From the IMG/VR virus record IMGVR_UViG_3300029822_000004, positions 10,241 through 74,240 of that record: a stretch of 64,000 nt of DNA, one strand, 5' to 3'. The notes beneath the pieces were generated by a model. That model saw only the letters and a list, made by a program, of their open reading frames with translations, did not search any database and was not told the DNA's origin. Below are positions 57,839 through 64,000 of the stretch, piece by piece. Numbering within the stretch: the stretch's first letter is position 1; each line of letters starts with the position of its first letter. The DNA is from a virus. Position numbers and translations under genes: made by a program.

Positions 57839-58486
57839 TTACTTTTGCAGAGGCGGTTGTTCGGCTGTAAGTTTCATGTAAGCAGCCTCGCCGTTGGTCT
57901 TGATGTATTCAACTTTTTCCCTGTCAGACCAAAGACTCGTGTGTTTGGCCGTCTGCATCTGTGAGGTGTTCGGGGGTTGGCCCGTACCTGCCCCAGACTT
58001 GACAGCCACCATAAACAATTCAGGTTCGTTGTTCTTCAGATTCTCAATATACGCATCGACCTTATCAGCCGCTGCGATGTCCACGCCGTCATTCTTCAAT
58101 CGGTAGGCTAGATAATCGGGGTTCTTGATGATGGCTCCGGCCTTGTTTTTGGTGGCAATTCCGACTACTTTCAACTTGTAATCCAAATCAGCGCGTTCCT
58201 TGGCGAGTTGTTCCTTCTCGGTAGACAGGGTTTCAACTTTACCAGACAACGCCGACAACTGCTCCTTGATTTGGTCTTCCATGGTCTGTTTTACCGTGGA
58301 TACCTCCGCTTGGAGCTTCGACAATTCATCCTCCTTGGCCTTCAACTGCGCTTGAGCTTCCCGTGCCTTGTTGCTCACCTCATTGAAGCGTGCAGTCGGT
58401 CGCGTTTCTTTCTCAAACTCAGTGATGTCCTCGGCGGTGAATGCTTCGCCCTTCTTAATCTTCGCCAGCAAATCTTCATACGACAT
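57839..58486 (-). CDS. Capsid scaffolding protein
   Basis: RFNEV, coiled coil, ELF..KSGAGT, EKVEYIKTNGEAAY. Confidence 0.75.
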   Translation of the reverse strand: MSYEDLLAKIKKGEAFTAEDITEFEKETRPTARFNEVSNKAREAQAQLKAKEDELSKLQAEVSTVKQTMEDQIKEQLSALSGKVETLSTEKEQLAKERADLDYKLKVVGIATKNKAGAIIKNPDYLAYRLKNDGVDIAAADKVDAYIENLKNNEPELFMVAVKSGAGTGQPPNTSQMQTAKHTSLWSDREKVEYIKTNGEAAYMKLTAEQPPLQK

Positions 58487-58560
58487 AGTGGACTCCTTTG
58501 TTACTCATTTGTTGTCGCGGTTTAGTCCGCTGATAGAAAGTATATGCCGTAAATATCACA

Positions 58561-60204
58561 TTACAAGCGCTCAGACCTGCTTACGGACGCTTTTTTTGAT
58601 TTTTGGTAATCATTTCTAGCTTTAACACCATCTGGACGACTACCGCTTGCATCCGTGACGTGCTCTGCCTGCGCCTCGAAAGTCATGGGGTCTTTTGCTT
58701 CCTTTCCAGCATCAATGTCCCTCATGATTTCTTCGTGATCTTCGTCTGTAATATGGTGCAAGGTATCCAGAACGTGCGTCAATGTGCGCCTGACCTGCTT
58801 TTGATAGCTGTCGGAGACATTGAAATTACCAAGCTCGACAATAGCCGCGATGACTGCTTTGAGTTCGTGGATATCGTAGTCCTGATTGTAGCGGATTTCA
58901 GGCACTTTTATACTGCTATCGAACCTATTAAACAGCTCCCAGATACGCTTTTCCAGTTCCTCAAGCCCAGCCGCAAGTGCGCGGAGCTGTGCTGATAGGC
59001 TGATGTTGTCCACGGATTTGCTTTCGGCTGATTCGCGTTGGGTGGTATGCACGCCGACAAGGAATCCATATAGCTTCATCATCATAGTCACAAGGCGGTC
59101 ATCATGGTCTATAATGGATTGTGTGGTAGCGCCCGTGGGTTGGATGTACCGCGAGATGCCCTTTTCCTCGCTATCTTCCTTGATGGCCTTGGTTCGTGAC
59201 AACTGCTGATTGACTTCCACCATGATAGCTTGTTCTACGTCTGGGGCGTTCATGTCGATATCGGGGTTTGTGGCTGAAATGCGCCGCTTGATCTTTGTCA
59301 CGATGTCACCAGCCGAAGCAGGCAACACAAGCTGACCATACGTCTGTTTGAGGATGTTGGTCAGGAGTTCCGATTCACCAGCCAATACCGCATCATGGAT
59401 AGTCAGCAAGTCGTCAATGCCTGGATGGTTGAAGTGCGCATTGAACAAACAGTTGCTGTATGGAATGGCGGTCACTACTCCGGCTGGATTGGGATACTGA
59501 ATGCTTGCCGTGACGCCTGTGGCCATCTGCATATCATGTGACTGCGTAAGGTCAATGCATTGCTCAAATCGCTGCCAGTAGTCCTTTGTAATGAGCGTGC
59601 GGCGTTTGATGACTTTATTGGTGACGAACGGATTATCCTTGTCAATCACTATTTCCTGCAAGATAATCCACTGCAATTCACCAAACTCGTCAAAGCACCA
59701 ATCGGGAACGTCAAGGGGCGGATGGACATGGCACCACGGCCTGATTTTCTGTTCTGCCTTGGTCTTTAGGTCGATTGTGTCACCTTCAAGAAATGGCATA
59801 TCAACGAATATCCACACGAGATTGAAGATAGTGTGGTAGTCAAATATCTGTCGCATGATGGTATTGACGCTTCTTTTCATCCTGTCGAAGTCGTCAATAA
59901 TCTCTTTGTTGCCGCCACTTCTACGCGGGGCCTTTGAGAAGATATAATCACCAAAGCGGCTTGTGCTGTACTTGATGAGGTTGATGTTGTAGCTTGATGC
60001 GACACGGGCGTTGTATTCCTCCGTAGTTTCGCTCGGGTGCTGCAACAACACCTGCTGGAGATAGGCCCGACCGCCGTTGTATGCGTTCTTGGCTTTCGTC
60101 CATAGCGCCTTGTTTTTGAAGTAATAATCGCTCTCCCGTTCAAATACGGCTTGATGGGGATCGCAGCTGAGTGCTGGTAGCATTTGCAGTAACGGTTGTG
60201 TCAT
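58561..60204 (-). CDS. Portal protein
   Basis: Follows TerL; YNGG..YL.QHPSE..EEY.AR...YNIN; ESAESK. Confidence 0.8.
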   Translation of the reverse strand: MTQPLLQMLPALSCDPHQAVFERESDYYFKNKALWTKAKNAYNGGRAYLQQVLLQHPSETTEEYNARVASSYNINLIKYSTSRFGDYIFSKAPRRSGGNKEIIDDFDRMKRSVNTIMRQIFDYHTIFNLVWIFVDMPFLEGDTIDLKTKAEQKIRPWCHVHPPLDVPDWCFDEFGELQWIILQEIVIDKDNPFVTNKVIKRRTLITKDYWQRFEQCIDLTQSHDMQMATGVTASIQYPNPAGVVTAIPYSNCLFNAHFNHPGIDDLLTIHDAVLAGESELLTNILKQTYGQLVLPASAGDIVTKIKRRISATNPDIDMNAPDVEQAIMVEVNQQLSRTKAIKEDSEEKGISRYIQPTGATTQSIIDHDDRLVTMMMKLYGFLVGVHTTQRESAESKSVDNISLSAQLRALAAGLEELEKRIWELFNRFDSSIKVPEIRYNQDYDIHELKAVIAAIVELGNFNVSDSYQKQVRRTLTHVLDTLHHITDEDHEEIMRDIDAGKEAKDPMTFEAQAEHVTDASGSRPDGVKARNDYQKSKKASVSRSERL

Positions 60205-60205
60205 C

Positions 60206-61501
60206 TTAGAATAGTCCTCCACCGGCCTTGTCACGACCATAGACCAGATAGCGCAAAGGATCAACCAAGTCATCATCCTGTTTGATGGGCGAGTCCTTGT
60301 CTGATACTTCGCTGTTTGATTCGTGCCATGAGTAGTTCATTATTTCATCTATCAACGCTGTACAGGTACTAAATATCTTGAGACGTGGTTGCTTGATGTC
60401 CTTATCCACCATCATGCGCCGCCTGACTGCCGATATGCCAGACAGGACATCTTTTTTGGCAGGGGAGGTATATATGCCCTGCTTCTGCAAAAACTTCCGG
60501 TCAGACAAATCATGATCTGCCCACGTCTTTTCGTAGAACTCATTATGCTTCTCCATGACATCATTTAACATTTGGCCTATCTCATCAATAGTTTTTCCCG
60601 ATTCTTTGAACTCTCTGTAAATATATATGGTATCAGTCACATAGTCATACGCAGACCACAAAACACCACAGGGATGATTGTAACCGAAGTCGATAGCCCG
60701 CTCCAAGGCCCATGACTTTGGTATATGAAATGGCTCTATCACGTGCAGCCTTTCGGTGAACTCCCTGAAGATTGCACCAGCGCCACCACACCACTTGCCC
60801 AAGAGCATCCGTTCGCGCATCTCGTATGGCAGGTTGTCGAGCTGCTGTATATATCCTTCTGGCAAGTTCTCAATATTGTCATAAGGCGTCCAATGCAGCG
60901 AGGCGAACTTCTCCGGGTCTTTGATGGGCTGTAGTGGCTTCGTGGTGGGGTCTTTGTGATCCAGCGCCCATATCTTCAACCAATGGCGGGGATTTCGTGG
61001 ATTACAGTCAAGAATGAGCTTGTTGACCGCCACAAATTCTCCATTAAGATCATACACTTTTTGAGCAAGGCGGGTAATCAGCGTGTTAATGGCATCAAAC
61101 TTCAGCTCGGTGGCCTCATTACAGAAAATGGTGATGAACTCAGTGCCTAGAATCTTCTGCATCCTGTCCAAATCATCCAAGCCACCACACAGTATCTCTG
61201 AACCATTCTTGAACACCACCCGTAGTTCTGTCTGGTACATGGTGTATTCATCATCCGGTATGAACTTGGTGAGGTAGCTCTTGAGGGTGTCATGCCACAT
61301 GGATGTCCGCACATCCGTCATAGCCCTGCGGAAGATACCTTGTCTTGAGCCTGGGAATTGATAAGCGCGGCCAATAAGAAACTCAGTTATCAATGCGGTT
61401 TTGCCAGCACGACTACCACCCGTGAACAATATGCGTGTCTTGTCGGGATCACCCAATATCGCCAAGCCCTGTTTCTGCTTCTCGGTCAGCTTAAGTGGCA
61501 T
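60206..61501 (-). CDS. Terminase large subunit
   Basis: GGSRAGKT, CNEATE, DCNP, IDFGYNHP, DDLVDPLRY. Confidence 0.93.
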   Translation of the reverse strand: MPLKLTEKQKQGLAILGDPDKTRILFTGGSRAGKTALITEFLIGRAYQFPGSRQGIFRRAMTDVRTSMWHDTLKSYLTKFIPDDEYTMYQTELRVVFKNGSEILCGGLDDLDRMQKILGTEFITIFCNEATELKFDAINTLITRLAQKVYDLNGEFVAVNKLILDCNPRNPRHWLKIWALDHKDPTTKPLQPIKDPEKFASLHWTPYDNIENLPEGYIQQLDNLPYEMRERMLLGKWCGGAGAIFREFTERLHVIEPFHIPKSWALERAIDFGYNHPCGVLWSAYDYVTDTIYIYREFKESGKTIDEIGQMLNDVMEKHNEFYEKTWADHDLSDRKFLQKQGIYTSPAKKDVLSGISAVRRRMMVDKDIKQPRLKIFSTCTALIDEIMNYSWHESNSEVSDKDSPIKQDDDLVDPLRYLVYGRDKAGGGLF

Positions 61502-61938
61502 CAGTCATTATCCTTGTCATCATTGGCCGAAGTCGTTTCTATGATCTGCATGACCGGCGCATCCAGTATAAAACGCTCGAAGTCGTCCCTGTCCTCAATA
61601 TGCTCAATCAGCCGCGCGGAATCAAACACTTCCAAGCCCATCAAATAATCCAACGCCGCGCACACTTCTTCATAATCAAAGAAAAGCATAGACGTATCCA
61701 AGTCTTTCCTGCCAGTTATTCTATTGCCCGTGAAGCGTATATGCCTGAAACGCACATCGCCTTTTTTCCTGGCCGACACACTCCACACCCTTGTTCTGCC
61801 ATGCTTTTCCAGTACCTTGTCTATCAATTCTTTGTGGATTTCCCTGCCCGTGCTGAAGTGCTTGTAGGCGTCGCTCCCACATCGCACCAGCACCACATCC
61901 GGCTGTATCCACTTGTCATGTTCTATTTGTATGGCCAT
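61501..61938 (-). CDS. Hypothetical protein
   Basis: TGATG coupling to TerL. Confidence 0.55.
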   Translation of the reverse strand: MAIQIEHDKWIQPDVVLVRCGSDAYKHFSTGREIHKELIDKVLEKHGRTRVWSVSARKKGDVRFRHIRFTGNRITGRKDLDTSMLFFDYEEVCAALDYLMGLEVFDSARLIEHIEDRDDFERFILDAPVMQIIETTSANDDKDND

Positions 61939-62007
61939 GTTTCTGCGTTATAGTTTGTAGTGGCTCTTCGCCTATAACATAACACCACAACACAGGAAAG
62001 CCAAAGC

Positions 62008-62331
62008 ATGACCACACCACGCACCAATGGCACTAAATCACGCCCTAAAGCCCATCCCCATGACTACACCCACCCGTTGACTCAAGCCGCATGGAAACGC
62101 CTTTATGACGAAACGCGGGCCATGGTGGATGTCGTTGAGGCCGAATCACGACACTACGAAGACAAAGCCGCCAACGCTTTCGCTTCTGGCATTGACGATC
62201 CCTCTTTGGAACAGCGAGCAGAGGCCACATCAGCACTTTTGAACACCGCATCTTCTTTGGAGGACGCATTATACCGAATCATGTACCCTGAACTAGAGCA
62301 ACAAGACCAACAGAAAGGACAGTATGAGTAA
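62008..62331 (+). CDS. Hypothetical protein
   Basis: 107 aa; helical. Confidence 0.55.
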   Translation: MTTPRTNGTKSRPKAHPHDYTHPLTQAAWKRLYDETRAMVDVVEAESRHYEDKAANAFASGIDDPSLEQRAEATSALLNTASSLEDALYRIMYPELEQQDQQKGQYE

Positions 62332-62653
62332 CGACAACATCAATCACCCAAAACACTACACCGACACGCCATTTGGTCTTGAAGTCATTGATATCACCGA
62401 GCACTACAATTTCTGTATTGGCAACGCTCTAAAATACATCATGCGGGCGGGATTGAAGTGCGAAAAAGGCATGACGCAAGAAGAGAAAATGATGGAGGAT
62501 TTGGGAAAGGCGGTGTGGTATCTCAATAGGGAAATGCAGAGACATAAAAAGCTATCTGAAAAGCACGCCAGAGAGCTAGCCAAACGCCGCAAACGAGATC
62601 AGGAACGCCGAAAAGCCAAACAACAGCCACAAATCCAGAAAGAAACACCATGA
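62324..62653 (+). CDS. DUF3310-like protein
   Basis: INHPKHY..FCIGNALKYIMRAG.K..EDLGKAVWYL. Confidence 0.85.
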   Translation: MSNDNINHPKHYTDTPFGLEVIDITEHYNFCIGNALKYIMRAGLKCEKGMTQEEKMMEDLGKAVWYLNREMQRHKKLSEKHARELAKRRKRDQERRKAKQQPQIQKETP

Positions 62654-63177
62654 CCACCATTGAAATCGAAAAATTGACCGACGAACACTTGCTGAAACGC
62701 GTCATCCATCACGTCTTTGGGGCCTATTCGACTACTACGCTGGAAAAATGGTACCAATCACAGCACTCGCCCATCCGCACCCAGCTCTTTGCCATCTTTA
62801 TCACGGATTTGCGGTACTCGGTGGCCATGCAGCTACGAACCCATGAAAAAAATGGTGCGCTTATCCTCATTGAGCCAGGCCGTCCCGATACTGGCACCAA
62901 ACGCTGTAAAGAAGCCATGCACAGCGACGACTACAGAGGCCAGAAACGCAACGCCTTCGTCCTCTGCAATGCCCAACACCTGATAGATTGGAGCCACAAA
63001 CGACTCTGCAACAAGGCCGAATCACACACCGTTGAGTTCTTTGGACAGTTGAGGGATGCCGTAGCTGGTGTGGATGCTTCCTTGGCCGCTCAAATGGTGC
63101 CTATGTGTGTCTATCGCAATGGCATGTGTAGTGAGTTGCGACCTTGTGGACTGATGGAGGGGGTAATGGAGGGGTAA
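62650..63177 (+). CDS. ThyX-like flavin-dependent thymidylate synthase (short, divergent)
   Basis: HSPIR, VAMQLRTH, NAQHLI...RLCNKA, VPMCVYRNGMCSE. Confidence 0.65.
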   Translation: MTTIEIEKLTDEHLLKRVIHHVFGAYSTTTLEKWYQSQHSPIRTQLFAIFITDLRYSVAMQLRTHEKNGALILIEPGRPDTGTKRCKEAMHSDDYRGQKRNAFVLCNAQHLIDWSHKRLCNKAESHTVEFFGQLRDAVAGVDASLAAQMVPMCVYRNGMCSELRPCGLMEGVMEG

Positions 63178-63231
63178 TTTTGTTAGAAGATATTTGAGAT
63201 ACGGTATATTTTTGACTAGATGCTGAAAAAG

Positions 63232-63271
63232 AAAGACCACCAGAGCCGATTATGACTTTGGTGGTCTTTTT
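63232..63271. terminator. Probable bidirectional terminator
   Basis: AAAGACCACCAGAG...CTTTGGTGGTCTTTTT between convergent units. Confidence 0.75.
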
Positions 63272-63349
63272 GATTGAATGTGCCAGCCAGGTTAGGTCTG
63301 ATTGCCCCTTTTTGGAACTTTTCTCCGGTTAAAGAGAACTGACACAAAT

Positions 63350-63438
63350 TGGTGCCCCTCCGTGGAATTGAACCACCCGACAGCCTCATCACAATTTCTA
63401 GTCAATGGATTTACAGTCCACCGTGATGATAGAGAGGC
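63350..63438 (-). tRNA. Atypical tRNA-Tyr(GTA)-like RNA without D-arm
   Basis: Acceptor GCCTCTC/GAGGGGC plus ACCA; anticodon arm GTGGA-CTGTAAA-TCCAT; T-arm GTGG-TTCAATT-CCAC; extra helix TCATCAC/GTGATGA. Confidence 0.6.
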
Positions 63439-63452
63439 CAAGACTAGATAAA

Positions 63453-63529
63453 TAGTAGCGGGGATGGGATTTGAACCCACGACCTACAGAATATGAATCT
63501 GCCGGGCTACCTGACTGCCCTACCCCGCA
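63453..63529 (-). tRNA. tRNA-Met(CAT), initiator-like acceptor
   Basis: Cloverleaf TGCGGGG..GGGCAGTCAGGTAGCCC..GCAGA-TTCATAT-TCTGT..GTGGGTTCAAATCCCAT-CCCCGCT-ACTA. Confidence 0.85.
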
Positions 63530-63699
63530 AAAGCAAGTGGTCTGGAATTTAGGCTTACTTGTAGAGGCCCCAGACCCGTGTATCCATATAATAACACACA
63601 AAAGAGAAAAAGCAAAGTAGAGAGAAAGAAAAAGAGGACAGAGAGGAACAAAACAAAGATAAAGAGACAGTAAAGGGGCGGTAAAGGGGCAAGAGGGGC

Positions 63700-63815
63700 G
63701 ATAAGAGAGGGATAAGAGAGGGATAAGAGAGGGATAAGAGAGGGATAAGAGAGGGATAAGAGAGGGATAAGAGAGGGATAAGAGAGGGATAAGAGAGGGA
63801 TAAGAGAGGGATAAG
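63700..63815. repeat. Tandem repeat of GATAAGAGAGG, 10 perfect copies plus a partial
   Basis: Exact 11-bp periodicity from 63700 in a purine-rich non-coding tract. Confidence 0.95.
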
Positions 63816-63918
63816 GGGTGGAATAATGTTAGGAGATAAAAATTAGGATGAGCGTGAAGGGGACTCTTACAAGGCCATACATTCATCATTAGCCGATCTG
63901 GTGCTGGTCTACTGCGAC

Positions 63919-63951
63919 AAAAAACCCCACCAGTTTCCTAGACCGGCGGGG
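63919..63951 (-). terminator. Rho-independent terminator (minus strand)
   Basis: CCCCGCCGGTCTAGGAAACTGGTGGGG followed by TTTTTT. Confidence 0.6.
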
Positions 63952-64000
63952 CGATTGTGACAGATTTATTTTTTCGGAATTGAAATTAGTGGCTTTTGAC

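Noticed and set aside
63700-63815. CRISPR array
   Set aside because: 11-bp units are contiguous with no spacers, and no cas genes are present.
63398-63889. 163-aa minus-strand ORF with LSLSYPSLIPL repeats
   Set aside because: Artefact of the 11-bp tandem repeat; it also overlaps both tRNA-like genes.

Overview
The window reads as most or all of a ~64 kb tailed dsDNA phage genome with a long-tailed (siphovirus-like) morphogenesis module. No integrase was recognised. The + strand (1-32.6 kb) carries early and replication genes: a pentapeptide-repeat protein, two tandem sigma-70-like factors, SNF2 helicase, primase, DNA methyltransferases, DnaC/DnaB-like proteins, beta-clamp and clamp-loader homologues, a split family-A polymerase (UDG-like plus 3'-5' exonuclease gene, separate polymerase gene), SSB, 5'-3' exonuclease, RusA and a split SbcC/SbcD. 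The - strand (61.9-34.3 kb) carries terminase, portal, scaffold, capsid, tail, tape measure and fibre genes. Most notable: (i) a ~750-nt densely paired ORF-free RNA candidate behind its own promoter motif; (ii) a 250-nt RNA that reproduces the 23S rRNA GTPase-associated (L11-binding) centre with a large structured insertion; (iii) a tRNA-Tyr-like RNA with no D-arm and an extra helix; (iv) four glycan-modifying enzymes, including a TibC/Aah-type protein O-heptosyltransferase; (v) a C5 methyltransferase whose missing motif IX appears in a nested alternative frame; (vi) an IS607/TnpB element whose ends and disrupted target gene can be reconstructed. All calls come from reading motifs by eye; no database searches were run.
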